Sequence record: SRR20825010_2783
Direction: 5' to 3' (one strand)
DNA: 43,418 bases
A program made the position numbers and the translations under genes. Under the pieces are notes generated by a model that worked only from the letters and a program-made list of their open reading frames with translations, ran no database searches and was not told where the DNA came from. Positions 1-9,916 of the stretch are shown here, piece by piece (position 1 is the stretch's first letter; every line of letters starts with the position of its first letter).

Positions 1-2
1 TC

Positions 3-368
3 AAGGAAATCAGCTATATCCACGCCGAAGGGTATGCGGCGGGTGAGCTGAAGCACGGCCCCATTGCACTTATTGATGAAAACGTGCCGGTGATAGGCAT
101 CGCACCGAACGATGATTTGATCGACAAAACGGTTTCCAACCTACAGGAAATCATGGCGCGCCAAGGCAAGGTTATCTTGTTGTCTGACAATGCCGAGAGT
201 GAATCTGAAGGCATGTTCGCGCGTTTTCAGATGCCAACTGCGGGCGAACTTGTTGCCCCGATCATCTACGCCATTCCGGTTCAGCTTCTGGCGTACTATG
301 CCGCGGTTGAAAAAGGCACAGACGTTGACCAACCTCGCAATCTGGCCAAATCAGTTACGGTTGAATAA
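3..368 (+). CDS. glmS: Glutamine--fructose-6-phosphate aminotransferase, C-terminal part (5'-truncated by window)
   Basis: Frame from nt 3 reads [25 protein letters not shown]...[15 protein letters not shown], the invariant GlmS C-terminus. Confidence 0.98.
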   Translation, partial: KEISYIHAEGYAAGELKHGPIALIDENVPVIGIAPNDDLIDKTVSNLQEIMARQGKVILLSDNAESESEGMFARFQMPTAGELVAPIIYAIPVQLLAYYAAVEKGTDVDQPRNLAKSVTVE

Positions 369-604
369 AAATAACGTCACCCAGTGGTCATGTCTGTGGC
401 CTTCCTCGATAGACCATCAATACTCCCGTTCGTATCTGGATATCCATCTTGTACCGTCACGTTCGCCGCTCCGGTAGTTTGCATGGCAAGCTTGACGACA
501 TTTTTATGCTCGTACTGAAGACGCACATTCAAAACTGACATCAATCTCAGCAAAGTTGTGTTGCTTCACAGCATTACGCAAACACATCCTCACAGGAGAA
601 AATC

Positions 605-808
605 ATGAACAAGGAAATCATTGAAGGAAAGTGGAACCAACTGAAAGGTAGCGTACAGACACAATGGGGCAAACTCACGGACGATGAAATAGACAAGATT
701 GAAGGCGACGCGACAAAGCTTTGCGGCCTACTGCAGGAGCGCTACGGCAAGAGCAAAGAAGCCGCTGAAGCAGAAATCGAAGCCTGGCAATTAAGGCACA
801 ATCGCTAG
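605..808 (+). CDS. CsbD/YjbJ family general stress protein
   Basis: 67 aa, GKWNQLKGSVQTQWGKLTDD...GLLQERYG signature; AGGAG RBS upstream. Confidence 0.93.
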   Translation: MNKEIIEGKWNQLKGSVQTQWGKLTDDEIDKIEGDATKLCGLLQERYGKSKEAAEAEIEAWQLRHNR

Positions 809-873
809 GAAAAACATCACGGCAAATGTTCGCCATCTATGCGGTGAGCACCTTTCTTGTCGATGAGCATCAG

Positions 874-910
874 AAAAAAAGACGCCACACCTTGGAAAAG
901 ATGTGGCGTC
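874..910 (-). terminator. Intrinsic terminator of the TBDR gene
   Basis: Stem GACGCCACA/TGTGGCGTC (881-910) with A7 at 874-880, giving a U-tract on the minus strand. A second hairpin GGCCTCGGCG/CGCCCGAGGCC lies at 949-976. Confidence 0.75.
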
Positions 911-989
911 AGGCCCCAAATACTGGGTGGGAAACCATTAGGGGAGTTGGCCTCGGCGAAACAACCGCCCGAGGCCCGATACTTAAAAC

Positions 990-3257
990 CTAGAAGTCAT
1001 AGCCGATGCTGAACTTGAAGGACCGACCCAGAATTGGGCGACCGTTCGGGGCAGCAGGGTTACGAGGGTCACCCTCGGTAATACCATGGCTGTCTGTCAG
1101 GTTATCAGCATGAACCTGGAAGAAGAGGTTTGAGCTGGTGCGGACAAGAATGCCTGCATCAATTTTCTCATAACCTTCAAGTTCCACGGTATTACCGTTG
1201 TCACCAAAGCGTTTGCCAACAAGCTGTACCGCGCCGTAAAGCGTGGCCGTTGTGTTACCAAGCTCAAAATCATAGCTTGGCGAGATACGAGCCTGCCATT
1301 TCGGCTGACGCAGAACCTGATTGCCGACATCGGTTGCTGTTGTTGACGATGTAATCTCGGCGTCCTGCAATGTGCCGAGGAAAGAGAGATTGAAGGCATC
1401 ATAAGTATAGTGGCCTTCAAACTCGACGCCCACGGAACGGGTCTTGAATGCAACTGCACCCAGCGTGCTGCCAACCACGCTCGAGAAGCTGTCATTCTTG
1501 TTGTAGAAGACGGTCGCGAACATACCAACATGGTCACTGGAGAACTTCACACCACCTTCAAGCTGTTTCACGCCGTTGACGTTGAGGTTGTTTTCCCGCA
1601 CGTCGTCAAAATGAGGCATCAGGTAACCGTCTGAATAGCGCGCAAACACGCCGAGGTCATCGCTAAAGTCATAGTTCACCGCAGCTGTATACGCCCACTC
1701 TTTATCGTTGAGCGTTGTAGCCAGATCGCGTGTGCCATCTGGGAACCCTGGGCCGCTATCGAGTGTGTAATCAATCTCAAACCACTCGTGGCGGATACCA
1801 AAGTCAAACCGCAGTTCAGGTGTGATCTGCCAGCTATCCGCGATATAGAGCGCATCTGCTGTCGCGTCACCCGCGCTATCAATCCCGTACGCCCAACAGC
1901 CGGAGCCTGAACCCGCATCAGCGAGGTCTGAGCACGCAGTGCCGCCGTCAAGGAAATCACCGTTCGCTACGTTATGGAGCGGGGTGAAATTCCCAATGGT
2001 CCAAAAATCATCAGACGACCAAGTTGCCTTGTAGTAACCAAAGGTTACATCATGATCACCAACCATTTTATTGAGGCTGAGATCGTTGGTAAAGCTCTCG
2101 AGATCCTTCTGCACAACCCAGTGACCGTAGTTCTGAACGTATTCGCCGCCCGCGAGGTCAACCCCGCCAAGTGTGGTTGCAGAACCGCTGGCAAGCGCAG
2201 AAACCTGAACCGGGCTGCCATCGGGCACCAGGCCGTATGTATCGGCAGCACCCTTGGTATAGGATGTGTTGTTACGAACGCGCCAGCCATCGCCCAGGTC
2301 AAAGTCGATCTTCAACCCTGAGATGGAACCGTCCCAACCTCGCCCGTCAGCGAAATCAAACTGCTCGGTTTCACCGTTGCCGTGCACCTGCAGCGTACGG
2401 AAACGGGTGTTATTGCCAAGCTGTGAAAATTCACCAAGATCATTACCGGTAAACAGCGCCATTGGCAGATACCATTGGCCGTGATCATCGGTCACACGGG
2501 TGAAGGCGCTGATCTCACCGTTATCAAACTCTTTGGTCAGATGGACGGTAAACTGATTCCCTTTTTCCGAGTTGAACTCAGCATCGCGAACACCGTGAGA
2601 GCTGCGGATATAACCGCCAACCATGTAATAAAGCCCGTCATCAAGCTGACCGGAAAGCACCGCATCAACGCGCTGCAGGTCATAATCAGACGTGGTGTAT
2701 TTCACCCGGCCCTCAGTTTCAGGCCCACCCTTCTTCAGGTTGAAGTTCAGCGTTACGCCCGGCTCACCGTTCGAGAACACAGAGTTTGGACCGCCGCGCA
2801 GTGCTTCAGCAGACCGGATGGTTTCATCCACCCGGAAGATGGAGCTTTGCTCAAAGAAAGACAACATCTCGGTGCCATAGATTGGCGCACCGTTGAGGGA
2901 CATGGTTACGAAAGGTGCGTCGCCGCCCCCTGGTAAACCACGCACATCAATGTTGGCGCCCGCAATACCGCCTGAGCTCTCCGCCCAAACGCCCGGCACC
3001 AGCGTGAACAGCTCTGCGGTGCTTTTAGCGCCCGCAAGGCCGATGGTATCAGCATTCATTGTTGTAATAGCGAAGCTTGCGTCCTGTTTGCGCACACCGG
3101 CACCGCCGGGCGTACCCAGAACAACAATTTCTTCAAATGCCATATTGTCTGCATCTGTATCAGCTTCTGCATCCTGTGCAGAAACCGCAGTCGCCGACAT
3201 GGCTATGACAGCCGCAATCGCGGTCGTGGATTTCAATACTCCGTATGAAAAACGCAT
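990..3257 (-). CDS. TonB-dependent receptor, sugar (probably trehalose/alpha-glucoside) uptake
   Basis: Signal peptide, TonB-box-like EEIVVLG, plug motif IDVRGL...LRGGPNS, C-terminal aromatic GYDF; lies in a GH65/beta-PGM locus. Confidence 0.9.
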   Translation of the reverse strand: MRFSYGVLKSTTAIAAVIAMSATAVSAQDAEADTDADNMAFEEIVVLGTPGGAGVRKQDASFAITTMNADTIGLAGAKSTAELFTLVPGVWAESSGGIAGANIDVRGLPGGGDAPFVTMSLNGAPIYGTEMLSFFEQSSIFRVDETIRSAEALRGGPNSVFSNGEPGVTLNFNLKKGGPETEGRVKYTTSDYDLQRVDAVLSGQLDDGLYYMVGGYIRSSHGVRDAEFNSEKGNQFTVHLTKEFDNGEISAFTRVTDDHGQWYLPMALFTGNDLGEFSQLGNNTRFRTLQVHGNGETEQFDFADGRGWDGSISGLKIDFDLGDGWRVRNNTSYTKGAADTYGLVPDGSPVQVSALASGSATTLGGVDLAGGEYVQNYGHWVVQKDLESFTNDLSLNKMVGDHDVTFGYYKATWSSDDFWTIGNFTPLHNVANGDFLDGGTACSDLADAGSGSGCWAYGIDSAGDATADALYIADSWQITPELRFDFGIRHEWFEIDYTLDSGPGFPDGTRDLATTLNDKEWAYTAAVNYDFSDDLGVFARYSDGYLMPHFDDVRENNLNVNGVKQLEGGVKFSSDHVGMFATVFYNKNDSFSSVVGSTLGAVAFKTRSVGVEFEGHYTYDAFNLSFLGTLQDAEITSSTTATDVGNQVLRQPKWQARISPSYDFELGNTTATLYGAVQLVGKRFGDNGNTVELEGYEKIDAGILVRTSSNLFFQVHADNLTDSHGITEGDPRNPAAPNGRPILGRSFKFSIGYDF

Positions 3258-3418
3258 TAGTTTGGCCCTCCCACGCCTTACTTTTCCTTGACCTCTTCAC
3301 GCCGCGACTTGTTGGGCTGATACCATGATGGGAGCCTGACCTATAAAGCTACCAACCGGCAAATACTATAATAGCCAACCGCGCACAGAGGCGTTGATAA
3401 CATTATAGCTACGCTTCT

Positions 3419-3457
3419 TTGCAATCGATTGCAATACAAAATTTCAATCGATTGCAT
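3419..3457. promoter_or_regulatory. Two LacI-family operators between divergent TBDR and lacI genes
   Basis: Perfect palindrome TTGCAATCGATTGCAA (3419-3434) and near-copy TTTCAATCGATTGCAT (3442-3457); central CG typical of LacI sites. Confidence 0.85.
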
Positions 3458-3509
3458 GATTTTGTAATAATCCTCGACAATCGGGCAAAACTGCATGTAG
3501 TAAAAACTG

Positions 3510-4532
3510 ATGAACAAAAGCAAAAATCTGACCATGGCGGATATCGCGCACCTGGCTGGCGTCTCTGAGGCGACGGTTTCGCGCGCGCTGAAAAACAGTG
3601 AACTGATCAACAAGGAAACACGTGCCCGCATCCAGAGCATCGCGCGTGAGCATAATTACAAAGTCAACACTGCGGCCCGCAACTTTCGCACCCAGAAAAC
3701 ACACACGCTGGCCGTTGTACTGCTTGTGGACAAAGAGTGGGGCCACGAGGTCTCGGACGCGTTTTTGATGGTACTGCTGGGCAGCATAGCCGACGAGGCT
3801 GCCCATCATGGGTATGATCTTCTGCTCTCAACCAACCCGCACGACATTGATGACCTCGCTGATTATTATATCGACAGCAAACGTGCAGATGGTTTGATCA
3901 TCATTGGTCAGGGCCGTAACGACCCGCGTCTTGACCGTTTGGCCGCTAGCGGCACCCCTTTTATTGTTTGGGGTGCCGAAATGCCGGAGCATGAATATCT
4001 GACCGTTGGCAGCGATAACCGCACCGGCGGTTATGAAGCAACGTCCCTGCTTATTCGCAACGGTCGCAAGCGAATCGCCTTTATGGGTGACGCCCGCCAC
4101 CCTGAGATGGAACACAGGCTAGATGGATACTGCGACGCGCTTCGGGCTGCGGGCATCCCGTTTGATGCAGACCTTGTCATTCCGACAGATTTTTCCCGCT
4201 CAGACGGTTATATGAAAACCGACCACATCATCCTCGACCCCACCTTCAAGTGTGACGCCATTTTTGCGGTCAGCGATAATATCGTGCTTGGTGTGGTGAA
4301 ACGTCTGAGCGAAGCCCGTGTTGCCGTGCCAGATGATATCGCCATTGTTGGTTTTGACGATAACCCGCTTGCCGTATTTGCGACACCGGGCATCACAACA
4401 GTGCGGCAGGATATCCGCCTTGGCGGCAAGCTTCTTGTGCGCAACCTGCTTGATATCATTGGTGGCAAGGCAGTTGAGCATACAGCTATGCCCATTGAAC
4501 TGGTTGTGCGGCAGTCTTGCGGTAACGCCTAA
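3510..4532 (+). CDS. LacI-family transcriptional regulator
   Basis: N-terminal TMADIAHLAGVSEATVSRAL HTH, hinge YKVNTAARNF, C-terminal VPDDIAIVGFDD...ITTVRQ. Confidence 0.96.
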   Translation: MNKSKNLTMADIAHLAGVSEATVSRALKNSELINKETRARIQSIAREHNYKVNTAARNFRTQKTHTLAVVLLVDKEWGHEVSDAFLMVLLGSIADEAAHHGYDLLLSTNPHDIDDLADYYIDSKRADGLIIIGQGRNDPRLDRLAASGTPFIVWGAEMPEHEYLTVGSDNRTGGYEATSLLIRNGRKRIAFMGDARHPEMEHRLDGYCDALRAAGIPFDADLVIPTDFSRSDGYMKTDHIILDPTFKCDAIFAVSDNIVLGVVKRLSEARVAVPDDIAIVGFDDNPLAVFATPGITTVRQDIRLGGKLLVRNLLDIIGGKAVEHTAMPIELVVRQSCGNA

Positions 4533-5185
4533 CCCGCCAACAACTTCAGCCCATTTTCCAGCAGAAAATCTGTTTGAGGCAGGATGATATCCGCCTCCTT
4601 AAGAACGCTTGCGTCCCCAATACCAATCGCCGTCATACCTGCAGCCTTGATAGCAGCAACACCCGCTGCAGCATCTTCCACCCCGATGCATTCGTCACCC
4701 TTAAGGCCGAAGGCACGCGCGACATCAAGGAAGATATCCGGGGCCGGTTTCCCGTTCGGGATCGCCCCTGCATCCGCTGTGTAATCAAAAACATCTGCGA
4801 TACCGAGGCTTCTGATCACCTGCGGCGCGTTTCGGCTGGCGGACGCCAGACCAATTTTCCAACGCTCAGCTTTCAGCCAATCAAACCCTTCCCTAATGCC
4901 CGGAAGGATATTGGCAGGTGAAATTTCACGGATAAGGTTTTTATAATCTTCGTTCTTGTGGTGCGCGAGTACAGCCTTCTCTGCAGGCGAGAAAACCCTG
5001 TCAGATTTCGCCAGAATATACTCGAGCGATTCCATACGCCCGACACCTTTAAGCTGGTCATTATCAGCCTGATCAAAAACAACACCTACTGACGAAGCGA
5101 GCCGCTGCCACGCGAGATAATGATAATGAGCGGTATCAGTAATCACCCCATCCAAGTCAAAAATACAGGCTTTAAACGAAGACAC
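4529..5185 (-). CDS. pgmB: Beta-phosphoglucomutase (HAD family)
   Basis: FDLDGVITDTAHYHYLAW, LASASRNA, GKPAPDIF, EDAAAG motifs. GTG start at 5185 chosen for the AGGAG 7 nt upstream (ORF track extends to 5206). Confidence 0.93.
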   Translation of the reverse strand: MSSFKACIFDLDGVITDTAHYHYLAWQRLASSVGVVFDQADNDQLKGVGRMESLEYILAKSDRVFSPAEKAVLAHHKNEDYKNLIREISPANILPGIREGFDWLKAERWKIGLASASRNAPQVIRSLGIADVFDYTADAGAIPNGKPAPDIFLDVARAFGLKGDECIGVEDAAAGVAAIKAAGMTAIGIGDASVLKEADIILPQTDFLLENGLKLLAG

Positions 5186-5226
5186 AAAAACACTCCTGCA
5201 ACACATAGATATTTAGAAGGCGATAT

Positions 5227-7575
5227 TTAGAGGGGCATCAGCCTCGGTCCATCGGCTATCAGCTTGATGGTTTCACCGTGATGGCTGATCAGAAGCGGGC
5301 CATCGCCAGAAAGCGTATATTCGGCTCCGCTGGTGGATACCGCTACTTCTACCGTCTGGCCGCGAAACTGGACCTTGAAGCCATAGCCATCCCACCCCTC
5401 CGGCAGATACGGTGCGAACGATAGCCTGCCAGATGCATACCGCATCCCGGCAAAACCATATGTCACCCCCATCCATGAGCCCGCCATACAGGCGATGTGC
5501 ACCCCGTAATGGGTATTACCATGCCGGTTATCGATGTCCATGCGGTAGGTTTCTTCAAAAAATTCAAGCGCTTTTGCCTTGTCGCCTACCTCGGCGTTCG
5601 CGATCGCATACATGCAGGCGGACAACGTGCTGTCATGCGTGGTGCGCGGCTCGTAATAAGCCAGATTGCGGCGTTTGTCGGCTGCCTCGAACTTGTCTGA
5701 CAAAAGCATCTGCGCCAACACAACGTCCGGCTGCTTCAACACCTGGTGCCGATAAATGACCAGCGGGTGATAGTGCAAGAGCAGCGGGTAGTGATCCTCG
5801 GGCGTGCCGTCAAAATCCCATTCCGGTTTATCGAGGAAGCCGTCACATTGCTCATGAATACCAAGCGCCGCATCATACGGCAGATACATGTTGGCCGCGG
5901 CTTCCGCCCAAGCCCCAACCTCCTCATCCTCAAGCCCGATTTTCGTCTGAAGAGACTTGTAAACATCAGGCATGTCTGCCTGCATGCGCTCGGCCAGTGC
6001 TGCGGCGTGCTCAAGATGATGCTGTGCCATCATGTTGGTATAGAGGTTGTTGTCCGCCATCGCGGTATATTCATCAGGGCCTGTCACCTCGCTCAGACAG
6101 AACTTCCCACCTTTGCGTGGGTTGAAATGCCCGAGGTCCATCCAGATCCGCGCGGTCTCAAACAACAGCTCGGCGCCACCTTCTTTGAGGAAACCATCGT
6201 CCCCCGTGGCGCCCACATATTGGAGGACCGCATAAGCAATCGCCGCGTTGATGTGATACTGCCCTGTGCCCGCGGGGAAATAGCTGGAGCATTCCTCCCC
6301 GCCAATTGTGCGCCACGGAAACAACGCACCTTTTTTGTGCGCCATGGTGCGGGCTCGTTCTCGCGCCTTATCAAGCGAACCTATTCGGTAGCTGAGCAGC
6401 GCACGCGCAATCTCCGGCTTTGTAAAAACAAAAAATGGCACCGCATATATTTCCGTATCCCAGAAATAATGCCCGTCGTACCCTGCCCCTGTGAGGCCCT
6501 TTGCGCTCAAGGCCCGCTTGCCGTCTTTGCCCGCACTTTGGAACAGATGAAAGAGGTTGAAGCGCATGCCCTGCTGCACGGCAACTGGCCCGGCAACGGT
6601 AATATCTGCGGCCGCCCAGAAAGCTGAGAATTTTTTCTTATGCTCGGTCAACAGCTTGTCAAACCCGGCTTTTTGTGCCGCTTCAAGATCAGCGCGCAAC
6701 AGGGCCATAAGTCGTGCCTGATCAGCTGACACCCCGTCACTGTAGGCCACGTATTTTGTCAGTTCCACTTCACTGCCTGGCGTCAATGTAACTGAGACCT
6801 CATGCCCCCAAAAGCCCGGCGCCAAAACCTCATTGTTGCCCATTCGCTCACCGAAGCTCAGGATATACCCTGCATTCACCACCGCGTCGCTTGCCGTCAC
6901 ACTGTGGCTGACAACACGCCCGCCCGTCACTAGTTCGGCCTTTGGCGTGGTCAGGCAATCCTTGATTGAAAGCGCACCGGCACGGGGGTCACCGCCCCGC
7001 CCTGTTGCACCGTAGGCAGCATCGAGGCCGGTCTTAAACGTGACTTCACCGCGGTAACCGTCAGAGCTAACCTTGTAGCGAAACGCTATCAATCCCGGCC
7101 GCGCGAGCGAGACAAAACGCTCACACCGAACATCAACAAACTTGCTCGCGCCCAGTTCCCACCGTGTCGTGCGCTCAAGCACGCCTGTACGCATATCCAG
7201 AGAGCGGCGCTGAGACGCGCATGCGTTTTTACCCTGTTTCAGCACATCGCCGCCCACAGCCAGCTCAAACCGCTTGCCGTCCGGCACAAGGATCATTTTG
7301 TTATTATGGGTCGCGAGGCCAAAAGCGCCCTCATCATAATGGATGGGCTCCCGCAGGTAGACGCCGTTGATAAACGTTCCCTCAACCGAAGCCACACCGG
7401 GAGCAATAGGGTCTTCGAACGTGCCACGGGTTCCGATATAGCCATTGGCCTGCGCAAACAGGGTTTCCCCCACCGCCAGCGTGTCACCTTCAAAGCCATC
7501 TTCTATGAGACACCAAGGGTTGGCTATAAATTGAGGTGCAGCATTGCCGCGCTTATCAGCAGAACTCACGGTCAC
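5227..7575 (-). CDS. GH65 glycoside phosphorylase (trehalose/maltose/kojibiose type)
   Basis: ANGYIGTRG, KGLTGAGYDGHYFWDTE, catalytic GPDEY, KQPDV, HDSTLS motifs; adjacent to pgmB. Start uncertain (7569-7605). Confidence 0.93.
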   Translation of the reverse strand: MTVSSADKRGNAAPQFIANPWCLIEDGFEGDTLAVGETLFAQANGYIGTRGTFEDPIAPGVASVEGTFINGVYLREPIHYDEGAFGLATHNNKMILVPDGKRFELAVGGDVLKQGKNACASQRRSLDMRTGVLERTTRWELGASKFVDVRCERFVSLARPGLIAFRYKVSSDGYRGEVTFKTGLDAAYGATGRGGDPRAGALSIKDCLTTPKAELVTGGRVVSHSVTASDAVVNAGYILSFGERMGNNEVLAPGFWGHEVSVTLTPGSEVELTKYVAYSDGVSADQARLMALLRADLEAAQKAGFDKLLTEHKKKFSAFWAAADITVAGPVAVQQGMRFNLFHLFQSAGKDGKRALSAKGLTGAGYDGHYFWDTEIYAVPFFVFTKPEIARALLSYRIGSLDKARERARTMAHKKGALFPWRTIGGEECSSYFPAGTGQYHINAAIAYAVLQYVGATGDDGFLKEGGAELLFETARIWMDLGHFNPRKGGKFCLSEVTGPDEYTAMADNNLYTNMMAQHHLEHAAALAERMQADMPDVYKSLQTKIGLEDEEVGAWAEAAANMYLPYDAALGIHEQCDGFLDKPEWDFDGTPEDHYPLLLHYHPLVIYRHQVLKQPDVVLAQMLLSDKFEAADKRRNLAYYEPRTTHDSTLSACMYAIANAEVGDKAKALEFFEETYRMDIDNRHGNTHYGVHIACMAGSWMGVTYGFAGMRYASGRLSFAPYLPEGWDGYGFKVQFRGQTVEVAVSTSGAEYTLSGDGPLLISHHGETIKLIADGPRLMPL

Positions 7576-7621
7576 GATCTTCCCTTCACTCGACCTTAGA
7601 ATCACCGCTATAATATCTTCT

Positions 7622-7637
7622 TTGCAATCGATTGCAA
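7622..7637. promoter_or_regulatory. LacI-family operator between divergent GH65 and MFS genes
   Basis: Perfect palindrome TTGCAATCGATTGCAA, identical to 3419-3434. Confidence 0.85.
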
Positions 7638-7718
7638 TACTGATATATTCGCTTTCGGCTTCAGTAGAGATTGGGAAGATCCTACGATCACGCCATAGGG
7701 AAAGAACGGGGAGGTGTT

Positions 7719-8954
7719 ATGAGCAACTGGCGGATCAAGTTCTCATTATTTTTGATTTATTTTGTTTTTGCCATTCTGCTCAACAGCGTTGGTACCGTCA
7801 TCTTGCAAGTTATCAAAAACTATGACCTGACACATGCGGACGCGAGCGTACTTGAAGGTTATAAAGACCTGCCCATCGCTATTGTCTCGTTTCTGGTGGC
7901 TTCGTTCCTGCCACGCTTTGGCTTCCGCAATGCAATGATGACCGGGCTTTTGCTGGTCACGTTTGCCTGTATCTCCATGCCGCTGGTGCCAGCGTTCCTC
8001 ACTACCAAACTGCTGTTTCTAACCGTCGGGGTCTCCTTCGCACTTGTGAAGGTTTCGGTCTATTCCACGGTGGGGCTTATTACCGACGGTCGTAAATCCC
8101 ACGCCAGTTTCATGAACACGCTTGAGGGCATTTTCATGACCGGCGTGCTCGCTGGCTACGGCATGTTCAGCTATTTTGTGGAAGACGGAAACCGATACTC
8201 CCAGACTTGGCTGGATGTATACTGGCCGCTTGCAGCCCTTGCTGCGCTGAGCATTGTAATCATCTATTTCACTCCCTTTGATGAAAGTGAAGCTCATCAC
8301 GAAGGCAGCAGCCTGCGCGATGATTTTATGGATATGATGCGCCTCGTCATTCGCCCTATCGGCTATATCTTTGTTATTTCTGCCTTCCTGTATGTGCTCA
8401 TTGAACAGGGAATCGGCACCTGGCTCCCCACCTTCAATAATGAAGTACTGATGCTGCCCGAGAGCATGAGCATCCAGGCCACCAGCATTTTCGCGGCCAC
8501 ACTTGCGATCGGGCGCCTGAGTGCCGGGCTTGTGATGGCGCGGTTCGACTGGTATCCGGTGCTGAATGTTTGCGTCCTGGCTGTTGGTGCGCTTGTGCTT
8601 ATAAGCCTGCCGATGGCGGAAGATGTGATCGCCAACCCTAGTGTGACCTGGACTGACGCCCCGGCGGCAGCCTACATTTTCCCGCTCATCGGTCTCTTCC
8701 TCGCACCCATATATCCAGCAATAAACTCCGCTGTATTGAGCGCGCTACCGAAATATCAGCATTCAGAGATGACCGGCTTGATCGTAATCTTCTCTGCGCT
8801 CGGTGGCACCACCGGCTCGGTTATTACAGGAAATGTGTTTGGCAGCCTTGGTGGCAGCACAGCATTTTACCTGTCGCTGGTGCCGCTCACCTGTATCCTG
8901 ATCGCGCTATTTTTCTTCAAACGGGAGACCGTTCGGAACCAAGCCGCCGGATAG
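7719..8954 (+). CDS. MFS sugar permease, FucP/GluP-like (predicted trehalose permease type)
   Basis: About 12 hydrophobic segments, FLYVLIEQG motif, GGAGG RBS before ATG 7719; sugar locus context. Confidence 0.88.
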   Translation: MSNWRIKFSLFLIYFVFAILLNSVGTVILQVIKNYDLTHADASVLEGYKDLPIAIVSFLVASFLPRFGFRNAMMTGLLLVTFACISMPLVPAFLTTKLLFLTVGVSFALVKVSVYSTVGLITDGRKSHASFMNTLEGIFMTGVLAGYGMFSYFVEDGNRYSQTWLDVYWPLAALAALSIVIIYFTPFDESEAHHEGSSLRDDFMDMMRLVIRPIGYIFVISAFLYVLIEQGIGTWLPTFNNEVLMLPESMSIQATSIFAATLAIGRLSAGLVMARFDWYPVLNVCVLAVGALVLISLPMAEDVIANPSVTWTDAPAAAYIFPLIGLFLAPIYPAINSAVLSALPKYQHSEMTGLIVIFSALGGTTGSVITGNVFGSLGGSTAFYLSLVPLTCILIALFFFKRETVRNQAAG

Positions 8955-8997
8955 CGCAAAGACTCAAAAGCAGCGCTCGAGCTCATACTTTTCAGCA

Positions 8998-9023
8998 AAA
9001 GCCGCCGAAAATTCGGCGGCTTT
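8998..9023. terminator. Intrinsic terminator (possibly bidirectional) after the MFS gene
   Basis: AAAGCCGCCGAA-AA-TTCGGCGGCTTT perfect stem flanked by A and T runs. Confidence 0.8.
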
Positions 9024-9130
9024 ATTGCATTCCGGCCTCAATTTATCCCGTAAAACCAATATTTTACGTCTAATAAGTGTATTCCTGTAACCAAGAGTTT
9101 CCTTACAGCCTAAAATGAACACGGGACACC

Positions 9131-9760
9131 ATGCCCGACAACCGCATTTTAGCTGAACAGGAGAAACTCATGTTAACTCATCAGATTGAGAAATCGCCGG
9201 AACAACAGATATACGAGCTCCGCTACACGGCTTATCTCGAAAAAGCTTCCATAAAGGAAAACAGCCAGCACGCTTTCATGGACCCCTATGATACGGCGCC
9301 AAACTGCCACTCCTTCATAGAATATATTGAAGGCTTCCCTGCTGGTTCCATCCGGGCCTGTATATATCAGCCCGAGCGCCCAGACCTGGGCATTCCGGCA
9401 CAGGAATTGTTTCCTGACGAGATGGAAGCCCACATCGGCTTTGAAAGCCGTGTGGTCGAATCAAACAAATTTGTTGTTCACCCAACATACCAGCACAAGG
9501 CCCTCCGGCTCAAATTCAAGCTTTTCAAGAATGTTTTCGACAAAGCTCTGGAAGTAGGTGCTGATTATATTGTGACCTCGCCCCGCGCGACACAGGTGGA
9601 TTTCTACAAGAGCATGCAGTTCGAGCCAATATCGGGGGTGAAGCGGTCGCTGGCCCTGGATTTCGATGTAGTTTTAATGGCTTGCAACCTTCGTGTTGCC
9701 CGGCAGCTCGTAAACGACGACCCGAAATATAAAACCTTACGACGCTTCGGCCTTTGCTAG
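9131..9760 (+). CDS. FeeM-like N-acyl amino acid synthase / LuxI-related GNAT acyltransferase
   Basis: IYELRYTAY..D.YD..GSIR..LGIPAQELF..VVESNKFVV..FYKSMQF pattern typical of FeeM/acyl-synthase folds. A strong AGGAG suggests the alternative start ATG 9170. Confidence 0.72.
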   Translation: MPDNRILAEQEKLMLTHQIEKSPEQQIYELRYTAYLEKASIKENSQHAFMDPYDTAPNCHSFIEYIEGFPAGSIRACIYQPERPDLGIPAQELFPDEMEAHIGFESRVVESNKFVVHPTYQHKALRLKFKLFKNVFDKALEVGADYIVTSPRATQVDFYKSMQFEPISGVKRSLALDFDVVLMACNLRVARQLVNDDPKYKTLRRFGLC

Positions 9761-9770
9761 GGACACGCGA

Positions 9771-9797
9771 AACCGGGGTCATTTTATGGCCCCGGTT
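9771..9797 (+). terminator. Stem-loop downstream of the synthase gene
   Basis: AACCGGGGTCAT-TTT-ATGGCCCCGGTT hairpin; weak U-tract. Confidence 0.5.
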
Positions 9798-9916
9798 AAC
9801 GCTTATTTCATCTAAAGATGCAAAATAACACGTGATACATGTAGCGCTTAAGAGTAAACCCTTATAGGATGTAATGTAGACAATTACTTAGCAATCACGC
9901 TGGAGGGAGACTACGA

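Noticed and set aside
369-420. TGT triplets at 391 and 395, near the expected Tn7 insertion point after glmS
   Set aside because: No repeated TnsB-binding sites, no tns genes, and no matching far end or target duplication recognised.
377-541. 54-codon minus-strand ORF (MSVLNVRLQY...) between glmS and csbD
   Set aside because: No convincing RBS or recognisable motif; overlaps the probable csbD promoter region.
520-560. Possible general-stress (EcfG) promoter for csbD
   Set aside because: Only a weak AAAAC...AGTT resemblance to GGAAC-N16/17-CGTT.
4529-4532. 4-bp convergent stop-codon overlaps (also 40152-40155)
   Set aside because: Common in compact bacterial genomes; no sign of special function.
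5746-6627. 293-aa plus-strand ORF and other long antisense ORFs (e.g. 14265-15029, 27955-28743)
   Set aside because: Shadow ORFs opposite well-supported genes, expected from GC-biased codon usage.
9131-9760. Calling the synthase luxI
   Set aside because: It lacks the LuxI R..F..W signature and has no adjacent luxR; the pattern fits FeeM-like synthases better.
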